DNA of 61,775 nucleotides, the filler included. It is 3 parts of 3 records of this genome, joined end to end, with 100 filler letters (N's around TTAATTAATTAA, not from the genome) between each part and the next. Parts side by side here need not be neighbours in the genome. Positions count along the whole stretch, not along the records: positions 1 to 31,470 come from DRR378314_370; positions 31,571 to 51,695 come from DRR378314_372; 1 more part is not named here. One strand, given 5' to 3'. The notes beneath the pieces are model-generated. The model had not been told where the DNA came from, ran no database searches, and was given only the letters and a program-made list of their open reading frames with translations. The position numbers were made by a program, and so were the translations under genes. Below are positions 27,089 to 36,326 of the stretch, piece by piece (position 1 is the stretch's first letter; the number at the start of each line of letters is the position of its first letter).

Positions 27089-29227
27089 ATGTTCAGAAAG
27101 GCGAGTGTGTTGACCGGGTCGATCCTAGCCGTCACCACACAGTTCTGTCCTTTTTGGGGGAAAGCGGCGGCGCAGGAGCTAGTCATCGAACTTGATCCGA
27201 TTACGGTACAGCGCGATGTAGCGGATACCTCCTCGTCATACGCCCTTCCGGAAATGCGATCAGCCACTAAGACAGACACGCCAGTGGTGGAAACACCCCA
27301 AGCCTTGACTGTGCTGACGCGCAAACAGTTTGACGACCAGAACACCCAGACCGTCGGGCAAGCGTTGCGCTATACCGCCGGGGTTTTGTCGGAGGTGGAT
27401 TCCTCCACTCGCTATGACAGTGTGTACCTGCGCGGCTTTGGCGGCTTTGGGACCTCCTCATCCTTTGTGTCATCACTGGACGGGCTGCCGCTACCGCGAG
27501 GGCAGGCCTTTGCGCAATCTTCAGTAGATCCGTTTCTGCTGGATCGGGTGGACGTGTTGAAAGGGCCTTCGGCGCTGCTTTATGGTCAAAGCAGCCCGGG
27601 TGGATTGGTAAATATGGTCAGCCGTGCACCAGACGGCAGTTCCCGAGGTGAAGCGCGGCTGGAGTTTGGCAGCCACGACAGGGTTATGGTCGGTGGCGCA
27701 CAACAGGGGGTGCTGAACGGGTCCGGCACGCTGCAATACAGCATCATTGGCCTGGCTCGGAATGCGGGCAGCCGTTACGACGATGTCGAGGAAACGCGGT
27801 TTTCGGTTGCGCCGACGCTGGTATGGACACCAACAGAGCAAACCCGCTATACATTTGGGGTCTATTTCCAGCGTGACCCGGACGGGGGGTATTTCAACTC
27901 CACCTTTCCGCGCAGCTTGGCCCCTGCAGTTGCCGGGTATCTGGACCGTGACCTGAATATGGGCGATCCCGGATTTGACCGTTTTGACCGTACCCAATGG
28001 GGCATTTCGGCGGGCGTTGAGCATGCCCTGAACACCAACCTCACCCTGCGTTCGAAAATGCGTTACAGCGGCGTTGATGTCGATATGGACGCAATTCAGC
28101 ATGCCGGTTTCATCAGCCCCTCCGGGGTATTGAGCCGTATGGCGGTACAATCGCGCGAAGATGTCCGCGGCTTTGCATGGGATACGAACCTTGAATACGA
28201 GGTCAGTACCGGCGCTGTAGAGCATCGGATACTGTTGGGGGCGGACGTCAGCCGCAATGATAGCGATTGGCAGTACAACTTTGCAATGGCGCCCGGGCTG
28301 GAGGTGACCAACCCCAGCTACTCCAGGGTGACGGGTCCCTTCATGGCACTGACCGACAACCATCAGGTCACCAACCAAAAAGGGATTTACCTGAGCGATC
28401 AGATGGCTATCGGCAAATTCCGCACGGTTCTGGGTTTGCGGCATGACTGGATCGAAACCGAAAACGAGAACCGGCTTGCGAATTCGACCAGCGAGCAGAG
28501 TTCCGATCAGACCTCCTATCGGGCGGCGGTTCTTTATCAGTTCGATAATGGCGTTGCGCCCTATGTCAGCTATGCGACCTCGTTCCAGCCGGAAATCGGT
28601 GTCAGTGAAAGCGGCAGCGCCTTTGTGCCAACTGAATCCGAACAATATGAGATCGGGGTGAAGTATCGGCCCGAGAGCTTTGATGCGCTGTTCACGATGG
28701 CGGCCTTCGACCTGACCCAGACCAACGTCAAGACGCCCGGGTCCGCGCCCAACACCTTCATCCAGACTGGCGAGATCCGCTCGCGCGGGCTGGAGTTCGA
28801 GATGCGCGGACAGGTGACCCAGCGGTTGGAGCTTATCGCTGCCTTCACGTTGCTGGATACGGAAGTCACCAAATCCACGACCAGCAGCATTATCGGCAAC
28901 AGGCCGCAGGCGGTGCCTGAGCATTTTGGCTCGATCTGGGCGAACTATGCTTTTGACAACGGCCTGGAACTGGGCGGCGGGGTGCGTTTTGTCGGATCCA
29001 GCTATGGAGACGATGCCAATACGCTTAAGGCGGACAGCTATGTTCTGGCAGATCTGGCAATGCGCTACGATCTGAGTCGACTGGGTGGTTTCTTCCAAGG
29101 CACAGAGGCGACGCTGAATGTGCGGAACCTGCTTGATGAAACCTATTATTCCAGCTGCAGCTTCAACGTGTATTGCCAGTACGGCGAGGGCCGCAGCATC
29201 ACCGCCGGGTTGCGCAAGACATGGTAA
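27089..29227 (+). CDS. TonB-dependent siderophore receptor (FhuA-like)
   Basis: Signal peptide, LDPITV TonB box, ATKTDTP..ETPQ, ALRYTAG, RVDVLKGPSALLYG..SPGG, QYEIGVKY, RSRGLEFE, NLLDETY, C-terminal W. Confidence 0.96.
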   Translation: MFRKASVLTGSILAVTTQFCPFWGKAAAQELVIELDPITVQRDVADTSSSYALPEMRSATKTDTPVVETPQALTVLTRKQFDDQNTQTVGQALRYTAGVLSEVDSSTRYDSVYLRGFGGFGTSSSFVSSLDGLPLPRGQAFAQSSVDPFLLDRVDVLKGPSALLYGQSSPGGLVNMVSRAPDGSSRGEARLEFGSHDRVMVGGAQQGVLNGSGTLQYSIIGLARNAGSRYDDVEETRFSVAPTLVWTPTEQTRYTFGVYFQRDPDGGYFNSTFPRSLAPAVAGYLDRDLNMGDPGFDRFDRTQWGISAGVEHALNTNLTLRSKMRYSGVDVDMDAIQHAGFISPSGVLSRMAVQSREDVRGFAWDTNLEYEVSTGAVEHRILLGADVSRNDSDWQYNFAMAPGLEVTNPSYSRVTGPFMALTDNHQVTNQKGIYLSDQMAIGKFRTVLGLRHDWIETENENRLANSTSEQSSDQTSYRAAVLYQFDNGVAPYVSYATSFQPEIGVSESGSAFVPTESEQYEIGVKYRPESFDALFTMAAFDLTQTNVKTPGSAPNTFIQTGEIRSRGLEFEMRGQVTQRLELIAAFTLLDTEVTKSTTSSIIGNRPQAVPEHFGSIWANYAFDNGLELGGGVRFVGSSYGDDANTLKADSYVLADLAMRYDLSRLGGFFQGTEATLNVRNLLDETYYSSCSFNVYCQYGEGRSITAGLRKTW

Positions 29228-30297
29228 GCCGCCGCAACCTGCTGACACTGGGCGCCGCGTTTTTGTCGCTCCCGAGCTTGGGCCGAGCGAGTGACCATGC
29301 GGTCGTGGACGTGCTGGGGCGGGAGGTTACACTTTCGGCCCAGCCGCAGCGGATTGTCCTGCTGGATGGCAGCGATCTCTTTACCGTGGCGGCGCTCCTG
29401 CCGGATCCGGCGGACCGTGTGGTCGGCTGGGCGAGCGCAGCCCGGCTTGACCTTGGCGCAAAAGCCGGGCTGCTCGGCGCGGACTTTCCCGAGGTCGGGC
29501 GTATTTCGCCAGAAACAGTGTCGGTCGAAGCGATCCTCGCTCTGAACCCGGATCTGGTGGTGTCGAGCGCCTATATGCTGCCGCCAGAGGGCAGCGTGCT
29601 TGCAGAGCATTTTGCACAGGCAGGTATCCCGGTTGCCTGGTCCAGCGGCCATGACCGCGCATTTGGCCCCCAAGAGAAACTGCGCCGTGCAATGGGGTTC
29701 TGGGGGGCTGTACTGGGACAGGAAGCCCGCGCCGCGGAGCTTGCAGCCTGGGGTGCAGCGCACTTTGCCCGCCTTGCGACCCGGTCGCTGCCGCAGCAGC
29801 TGCCACGGGTCTATATGGAAGTGATGACCACCTATGACAGCTGCTGCTGGGCCGCGGGGCAATCCTTCTGGTCAGATCTGTTTGCCCTCGCAGGGGGCGA
29901 CCTGATGACCGAGGCCGCAGGCTGGAGCCAGCAGTTAAGTGCCGAGGGGCTGCTCGCCCTCAATCCCGAAGTCTATATCGCCACGGGGGGCAATTTTGCC
30001 CCCGCCCGGCAACCAGGAATCGCCCCGGGGCTGGATACCGAGGCCGCGCGCGCTGGTCTGAAACAGGCGGCGGCGCGGCAGGGCCTCGTCCATACCGATG
30101 CGGTGCGTACGGGCCGGGTGCATGGCATCTGGTCGGGGTTGATTTCCTCACCGCTGCTGCTGGTGGTGCTAACCGAATGCCTGGCGCGCTGGCTGCACCC
30201 CGGACAAGCCGCCGACATAGATCCCGCCGCGACACTGGCCGAGCTGAACACCTATTTCCCAGCCCCTTTGCCGGGGCCGATGTGGGTGACGATTTAA
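29221..30297 (+). CDS. Iron-siderophore ABC transporter periplasmic binding protein with Tat signal
   Basis: MVSRRNLL Tat motif, DVLGREVTL..PQRIVL, SVEAILALNPDLV, CC motif, AVRTGRVHGIW; overlaps the receptor stop. Confidence 0.88.
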   Translation: MVSRRNLLTLGAAFLSLPSLGRASDHAVVDVLGREVTLSAQPQRIVLLDGSDLFTVAALLPDPADRVVGWASAARLDLGAKAGLLGADFPEVGRISPETVSVEAILALNPDLVVSSAYMLPPEGSVLAEHFAQAGIPVAWSSGHDRAFGPQEKLRRAMGFWGAVLGQEARAAELAAWGAAHFARLATRSLPQQLPRVYMEVMTTYDSCCWAAGQSFWSDLFALAGGDLMTEAAGWSQQLSAEGLLALNPEVYIATGGNFAPARQPGIAPGLDTEAARAGLKQAAARQGLVHTDAVRTGRVHGIWSGLISSPLLLVVLTECLARWLHPGQAADIDPAATLAELNTYFPAPLPGPMWVTI

Positions 30298-30318
30298 CCT
30301 GAACGCAAGAGGTGCAGG

Positions 30319-31416
30319 ATGTTTGAAACCCGGGCCAGGATTATGTTCCCAGATATCGACCGGTATTTTGCCACTATTGTGGATGCGATCAATGCCCATG
30401 GCTGGCCAGTGGTGCGGCAGGGCACACGCACCGCCTGGGCCGGAGCAGAACGCGAGGTGACGTTGCGGGCCAGCACCGATGAACTGGCAGTCAGCATCTG
30501 TTGCGAAGACCGGGCGGCGCTCAACGCGATGCGCTACTCGGTGACCAGCCTGATTGACTTCAACGCCCGCGCGGCGGCGCCGGTGATCACTTGGCGCGGA
30601 GACGAAGTCGGCGAGACATTGCCACCGGATTTGCGGCTGTTTGTCGTCAGCAGCACCGAAATGATCACTCCAAAAATGCGCCGCATCTGGTTTTCCGGCC
30701 CCGACGTAGCGCGCTATGACACGTTGGAGCATCTGCATGCGCGGCTGTTGTTCAAACGCGGGCGCGGGGTGCCAGAAGCTTGGCCGCATATGACCGATAC
30801 CGGCCGCATTCGCTGGCCCGGCGGGAAGGCGGAGCTCGACACGCGGGTCTATACTGTGCGCAAAGTGGATTCCGCCGCCGGACGGCTGGCGGTAGATTTT
30901 TTTCTGGGCGATCACAGCGGCCCGGCCACAACTTGGGCTCGGGAGGCCGCGCCGGGCGACGGTGTCGGATTTATCGGCCCGGCCGCGCATGGCCAAGTGC
31001 GGGCGCCTTTCCAGGTGTTTGTAGCGGATGAAACCGGCCTGCCGGGGGTGTTGCGCTGCATGGAGGCGCTGCCGCTGGAAACCCGCGGGGTTGCGCTGAT
31101 CGAAGTCGACGGTCCCGAAGACCGGCAGGAGGTGGCGACACCTGCCAGCATGGTGCTGCGTTGGCTCTACCGGAATGGCGCCGCACCGGGAACCACGCAG
31201 CTGCTGGAACAGGCCTTTGCCGAGATCGACTGGCCCGAAGATCCGACGACAGCGGGATTCTGGTGCGGAGCCGAGCGACAGACCTTTGTCCGCCTGTGGC
31301 GGGCAGTGCGGGCGCGCGGATTGCTCAACGGGCAGATCGTTGCTTTTGCCCATTGGCGCCGAGGGATGAGCGAGCCGGAGATTGCCGCGGCGGGCAGCAG
31401 CTCGGTCCGAAGCTGA
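30319..31416 (+). CDS. Siderophore-interacting protein (ViuB/SIP, FAD-binding ferric reductase) with an N-terminal extension
   Basis: ITPKMRRI, RVYTVR, GPATTWA..A.PGD, ADETGLP, WCGAE, HWRRG. Confidence 0.92.
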   Translation: MFETRARIMFPDIDRYFATIVDAINAHGWPVVRQGTRTAWAGAEREVTLRASTDELAVSICCEDRAALNAMRYSVTSLIDFNARAAAPVITWRGDEVGETLPPDLRLFVVSSTEMITPKMRRIWFSGPDVARYDTLEHLHARLLFKRGRGVPEAWPHMTDTGRIRWPGGKAELDTRVYTVRKVDSAAGRLAVDFFLGDHSGPATTWAREAAPGDGVGFIGPAAHGQVRAPFQVFVADETGLPGVLRCMEALPLETRGVALIEVDGPEDRQEVATPASMVLRWLYRNGAAPGTTQLLEQAFAEIDWPEDPTTAGFWCGAERQTFVRLWRAVRARGLLNGQIVAFAHWRRGMSEPEIAAAGSSSVRS

Positions 31417-31440
31417 TCCGTCCGAAGCTGGCATTAAATG

Positions 31441-31470
31441 GACTGTGTTGCACGGATCGTTTCATCAGCG
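31441..31470. repeat. Right copy of the perfect 30-bp inverted repeat bounding contig 1
   Basis: gactgtgttgcacggatcgtttcatcagcg is the reverse complement of 1-30; the contig ends here. Confidence 0.9.
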
Positions 31471-31570
31471 NNNNNNNNNNNNNNNNNNNNNNNNNNNNNN
31501 NNNNNNNNNNNNNNTTAATTAATTAANNNNNNNNNNNNNNNNNNNNNNNNNNNNNNNNNNNNNNNNNNNN
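31471..31570. other. Artificial contig spacer (N44-TTAATTAATTAA-N44)
   Basis: A six-frame-stop linker sits inside N runs; the identical structure occurs at 51696-51795. Confidence 0.97.
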
Positions 31571-31571
31571 G

Positions 31572-33209
31572 GACGAGGCGCATTGCGTCAGCCAATGGGG
31601 TCACGATTTTCGCCCCGACTACCTGCGCATCGGTGAACTGCGCCGTCATCTGAATGTGCCGCTGGCCGCCTTTACCGCCACCGCAGATGCGGAAACCCGT
31701 GCTGAAATTGTGCAGAAACTGTTCGACGGGACTGATCCGACGGCGTTTCTGGGTGGTTTTGACCGGCCCAATATTCATCTGGCGTTTCAGGCGAAGAACA
31801 AACCACGTGATCAAATCCTGAACTTTGCCGCCGCGCGCAAAGGGCAATCCGGTATCGTCTATTGTGGCACCCGCGCCAAGACCGAAGGGATTGCACGGGC
31901 ACTGCGCGAGGCGGGGCAAAAGGCAATCCACTATCATGGCGGGATGGAGGCCGACGACCGCCGCATCGCTGAACGCCGGTTCCAGCAGGAGGATGGGCTG
32001 ATCGTTTGCGCCACAGTCGCTTTCGGGATGGGCGTGGATAAACCCGATATCCGCTGGGTCGCCCATGCGGATTTGCCCAAGAGTATCGAGGCCTATTATC
32101 AGGAGATTGGCCGCGCCGGCCGTGACGGGGCACCGGCGGAAACACTGACGCTTTATGGCCCTGATGACATTCGCCTGCGCCGCACCCAGATTGACGAGGG
32201 GCTGGCCCCGCCCGAACGCCGTGCGGCGGATCACGGGCGGTTAAACGCGCTGCTCGGTTTGGCAGAAGCACTGGAATGCCGGCGCAAAAGCCTGCTGGGA
32301 TATTTTGACGAGACCGAGGTGACCTGCGGGCGTTGTGATCTATGCGACACGCCTGCGGATGTGTTTGACGGGACTACGGCGGTGCGCAAGGCGTTGTCGG
32401 CCATTCTGCGCACAGAGGAGTGGTTTGGCGCGGGGCATCTGATTGATATTCTACTGGGAATTGAGACAGATAAGGTCAAAGCGCGGGGCCACGCCAGCCT
32501 GCCGACCTTTGGTGTGGGTGGCGAATATGACCGCCGTCAGTGGCAGGCAGTGTTTCGTCAGATGATGGGTCATGACCTGATCCGCCCAGACCCCGAACGC
32601 CACGGTGCATTGCGCATGACCGATGCTGCCCTGCCGATCCTGCGGGATGAGGCCAAGATCAGCCTGCGCCGCGATTCCATCAAAACCGCAGGGGCCAGCC
32701 GCCGCCCTTCGGTGAAACAGATGGTCAGCGAGGAAGACGCGCCGCTGCTTTCGGCGCTGAAAGCCAAACGGCGCGGTCTGGCAGAGGCGGCACGGGTGCC
32801 CGCCTATATCATCTTTACCGACCGCACCCTGATCGAGATGGCCGAAAAACGCCCGCGAGATCTGGACGGGATGGCCGGGATCAGCGGCATCGGGGCAAAA
32901 AAGCTGGACACCTACGGGCTGGCTTTTCTTGAAGTGATCAACGGTGAAGCTACAGGCATGCACCCGACACGGCGTAAGCTGGCGGGGCGTGAGGCAGGCA
33001 ATGTCTATGATCAGTTGTTGCAGGTACAGGCCGACCTGACCCGTGGCGAGGGGGGCGGTGACAAACCGCTGAGCTGTTCCGCCTCGCTTCTGGCCAAGGT
33101 GGCGCAGCTGCGCAATGCGGATGAAATCGCGATTGAACGCCTGCTGGGCGAACGCAGGGCGTCACGGTTTGGCCCTGCGTTTCTGGACGTACTGCGCGAG
33201 GCGGGGTGA
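31572..33209 (+). CDS. recQ: DNA helicase RecQ (5' truncated by the contig edge)
   Basis: DEAHCVSQWGHDFRPDY in frame from 31572; FTATA, SGIVYC, ATVAFGMGVDKPD, YYQEIGRAGRDG, Zn-binding Cys cluster, RQC, HRDC (VPAYIIFTDRTL). Confidence 0.96.
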   Translation, partial: DEAHCVSQWGHDFRPDYLRIGELRRHLNVPLAAFTATADAETRAEIVQKLFDGTDPTAFLGGFDRPNIHLAFQAKNKPRDQILNFAAARKGQSGIVYCGTRAKTEGIARALREAGQKAIHYHGGMEADDRRIAERRFQQEDGLIVCATVAFGMGVDKPDIRWVAHADLPKSIEAYYQEIGRAGRDGAPAETLTLYGPDDIRLRRTQIDEGLAPPERRAADHGRLNALLGLAEALECRRKSLLGYFDETEVTCGRCDLCDTPADVFDGTTAVRKALSAILRTEEWFGAGHLIDILLGIETDKVKARGHASLPTFGVGGEYDRRQWQAVFRQMMGHDLIRPDPERHGALRMTDAALPILRDEAKISLRRDSIKTAGASRRPSVKQMVSEEDAPLLSALKAKRRGLAEAARVPAYIIFTDRTLIEMAEKRPRDLDGMAGISGIGAKKLDTYGLAFLEVINGEATGMHPTRRKLAGREAGNVYDQLLQVQADLTRGEGGGDKPLSCSASLLAKVAQLRNADEIAIERLLGERRASRFGPAFLDVLREAG

Positions 33210-33271
33210 TCCCCCCTTGTGGTCTCGTGCCACGGCGTTATCTCTGAACCAATTCAAAATGGGGGACCAAG

Positions 33272-34051
33272 ATGCTGGTTGTGATTTCACCTGCCAAAAA
33301 GCTGGACTGGGACGCGCGGGATGTAGAGGTAACGCAGCCTGATTTTCAGGAAGATGCGGTGCGGCTGGCGACCACAGCCCGCAATCTGACCCTGGGCAGG
33401 CTGAAAGACCTTATGCATCTCAGTGACGATCTGGCGCGGCTGAACCGGGACCGGTTTCAGGCGTTTGAGGCAGAGCCGTCAGCGCAGATCACACGCCCTG
33501 CCGCGCTGGCCTTTGCCGGGGATACCTATCAGGGGTTGGAAGCGGGCAGTCTGGATGCGGATGAACTGGCTTGGGCACAGGATCATCTGCGGATTTTGTC
33601 GGGTCTTTACGGGGTGTTGCGCCCATTGGACGCGATCCAGCCTTATCGGCTGGAAATGGGCAGCAAGTTAAAGACGCGCCGCGGGGCCAATCTGTATGAA
33701 TATTGGCGCGATGATCTGTCCAAGGCGCTGAACGCGCAAGGTGCCGCGGTTGGAAGTGATGTATTGATCAACTGCGCCAGTCAGGAATATTTCGGCGCTG
33801 TTGCCCCCAAGGCGCTGAAGCTGAAGATCATCACGCCACAGTTTATGGAAGACAAACGCGACGGCAAAGGCCCCAAGATCGTAAGCTTTTTCGCCAAAAA
33901 AGCGCGCGGGGCCATGGCGCGGTTTATCATCCAGAAACGGCTGACCGATGCCGAGGCGATCAAGGATTTTGACACCGGCGGTTATGCCTATCAGCCGGAT
34001 ATCTCGACGCCGGAGAAACCTGTGTTCCTGCGCGACTATCCGTCATCCTGA
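33272..34051 (+). CDS. yaaA: Peroxide stress protein YaaA
   Basis: MLVVISPAKKLD, FAGDTYQGL, LRILSGLYGVLRPLD..PYRLEMG, AKKARGAMAR. Confidence 0.95.
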   Translation: MLVVISPAKKLDWDARDVEVTQPDFQEDAVRLATTARNLTLGRLKDLMHLSDDLARLNRDRFQAFEAEPSAQITRPAALAFAGDTYQGLEAGSLDADELAWAQDHLRILSGLYGVLRPLDAIQPYRLEMGSKLKTRRGANLYEYWRDDLSKALNAQGAAVGSDVLINCASQEYFGAVAPKALKLKIITPQFMEDKRDGKGPKIVSFFAKKARGAMARFIIQKRLTDAEAIKDFDTGGYAYQPDISTPEKPVFLRDYPSS

Positions 34052-36189
34052 GCGGGCAGTAAGGGGGCAAACCTGCCGCCATGCGCGGCCTCTATTTCCT
34101 GCATGATCAAGGCTCTGCGCAGGGGTTTTGTCAGGTATTTGTCCAATCCGGCGGCCAAGATGCCCGCATCATCCCCGTCCATCGCATGGGCGGTCAGGGC
34201 AATGATCGGCGTGGGTGTCCCGACCTCTGAGGCGCGAATGGCGCTGGTCGCCTCCTTGCCGTCCATCTTGGGCATGGAGATATCCATAAAGACCAGATCG
34301 GGTGCGATGTCCTGAAACAGGCGCAACGCCTCTTCGCCATTCCCGGCGAAGGTCAGGTCGACATTCAGATCCTTGATCATCTTGCGAAAAACGAGCTGGT
34401 TGGTTTTGTTGTCCTCGGCGGCGAGGATGCGCATGCGCCGCTGCGCTGTCGGGGTCTGCTGCGTTGCCATGGCAGGGGTGGCAAAGGTTAACCCACCCAA
34501 AGTGTCAAACAGGTTCTGGCGCGCCGGTGGGTGCAGCAGGATATCGTTCACCCGATCATCAAAAGCCTCGATTGCCTTGCTTGGATGCGGGCTTAGCACA
34601 ATGACGGGCAGGGTCAGGCCACGCGCTTGCAACACAGACAACAGCGCCGGCGCAGCGTCCTGATGGGCCAGCAACAGGTCGATGGTGCTGCCAAGCGCAG
34701 CTTCGGCATCGCTGACCTTGGCGCAGGCCGTGACCTTGAGGCCAAGCTGGGTCAATTGCCGCTGTAAGATCGCGCGGTTCACGTCCACATCATCAACGAT
34801 CAGCGCATGGCGCAGCCCCTCTGGCGGGTGCCACTGCGGGACCGCCCCTTCGTCGGTCAGTCCCATTTCCACACGAAAGCCAAAGCAGGACCCAACCCCA
34901 TCTTCCGAGGTTACCCAGATCTCGCCGCCCATCATGGTGACCAGCCGTTGCGAGATGGCAAGCCCAAGCCCGGTGCCGTCAAATTGGCGATTGCGTTCGT
35001 TTTCGACCTGATTGAACTCCCCAAAAATATGGCCAACCATATCATCCGGTATTCCGATGCCGGTATCTTCAACCACCACATGCAGGGACAGCGTGCCAAG
35101 GGCCGGATCGGGCACGCCGGTCACCCGGATCAGCACATGCCCCTTGCTGGTGAATTTGATCGCATTGCCAATCAGGTTGGTCATCACCTGCCGCACCCGA
35201 CCGGGGTCGCCCACCATCATCGTCGGCAGGAACAGGTCGTAATCCAGCAGCAGTGGAAGTCCTTTGTTCTGTGCCGAGGTTTGCAACAGCATCAACACCT
35301 CAACGATGGCCCGTTCCAGATCAAAGGGCTGTGGATGCAGCTCCAGTTTCTGGGCTTCGATCTTGGAATAATCCAGCACGTCATTGATGATCACCAACAA
35401 GGCCTCGCCGGAGTTTTTGATGGTCTCGACAAACAGCTGTTGTTCTTCGTCCAGATCACTTTCTGCCAGCAGATCCGCCATGCCGATCACACCGTTCATC
35501 GGGGTGCGGATTTCGTGGCTCATGTTGGCAAGGAAGGCGGATTTGGCACGGCTGGCGCTTTCCGCCACAGAACGGGCTTCCTTCAACTGCTCCTCATATT
35601 TCACGGTTGCCGTGATATCGAGACCCAGCGAAACCATGTCCCCCTCGGGCCCGCGTTGATCCACCAGTTTGACAAAACTGCCATTCCAAAGCTGGATCAC
35701 AATCGGTTCTGGATCGGGCAGCTGGATGCGGTCCGCCATCATCCGGCGCCAGTCGGCGGTGGACAGATCACCGGTGTTGACGATCCCCTCATCCGTCAAC
35801 ACTTGCAGGATGGTGATGTAATTCACTCCCGGACAGATGACCTCAAGATCCTCGAAAATCGCCAGATAGGCACGGTTTGCCATGATCATTTCATTGTCGG
35901 CATTAAAGAAGGCAAAGCCGTCATTGATGGTTTCGATGGAATGCCAGAGGCGTCGCTCGGCAATTGCGATCTTTTCATTGGCGACGTTCAGGTCTGATTT
36001 GACCCGCTGGTTTTCCCCCCGGATCGTTGCCACCTGTGCGCGGGTTTCGACGATCTCTTCGCTCAGCTGCTGGGCATGTTTGCCCAATTTCCGGTTGGCG
36101 GCAAAGAGTTCCGCCTTTTTCAGCTCAAGCATACGCTCGGCTGCAAGCCGGTTGCGCCGTTCCTCTGTTAATTTGTTGGCAAGGCTCAT
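34036..36189 (-). CDS. Cytoplasmic hybrid sensor histidine kinase (coiled coil, PAS-like, HisKA, HATPase, two receivers)
   Basis: FLANMSHEIRTPMNG, NLIGNAIKFT, DTGIGI, GTGLGLAI; the terminal receiver has DLVFMDISMP...KP. Confidence 0.93.
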   Translation of the reverse strand: MSLANKLTEERRNRLAAERMLELKKAELFAANRKLGKHAQQLSEEIVETRAQVATIRGENQRVKSDLNVANEKIAIAERRLWHSIETINDGFAFFNADNEMIMANRAYLAIFEDLEVICPGVNYITILQVLTDEGIVNTGDLSTADWRRMMADRIQLPDPEPIVIQLWNGSFVKLVDQRGPEGDMVSLGLDITATVKYEEQLKEARSVAESASRAKSAFLANMSHEIRTPMNGVIGMADLLAESDLDEEQQLFVETIKNSGEALLVIINDVLDYSKIEAQKLELHPQPFDLERAIVEVLMLLQTSAQNKGLPLLLDYDLFLPTMMVGDPGRVRQVMTNLIGNAIKFTSKGHVLIRVTGVPDPALGTLSLHVVVEDTGIGIPDDMVGHIFGEFNQVENERNRQFDGTGLGLAISQRLVTMMGGEIWVTSEDGVGSCFGFRVEMGLTDEGAVPQWHPPEGLRHALIVDDVDVNRAILQRQLTQLGLKVTACAKVSDAEAALGSTIDLLLAHQDAAPALLSVLQARGLTLPVIVLSPHPSKAIEAFDDRVNDILLHPPARQNLFDTLGGLTFATPAMATQQTPTAQRRMRILAAEDNKTNQLVFRKMIKDLNVDLTFAGNGEEALRLFQDIAPDLVFMDISMPKMDGKEATSAIRASEVGTPTPIIALTAHAMDGDDAGILAAGLDKYLTKPLRRALIMQEIEAAHGGRFAPLLPAQDDG

Positions 36190-36326
36190 CCGCGCTCCGA
36201 TCGGACCCTTCTTTCGGCGCAGATTGGCGCAAACGGGTGAACAACGCCTTAAACCCGGAGGCCAAGACTTGCCCGCGCCCCCATCAGCATGTCAGGCTGA
36301 GAGGATTAAAAAGAAGGAGATTTCCG

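Noticed and set aside
31515-31526. TTAATTAATTAA palindrome (also at 51740-51751) as a biological site
   Set aside because: It is an identical six-frame-stop linker centred in N runs, so a concatenation artefact.
30319-33209. Insertion of the siderophore cassette next to or into recQ
   Set aside because: The two are separated by an artificial spacer. The adjacency and the recQ truncation reflect contig edges, not a pseudogene.
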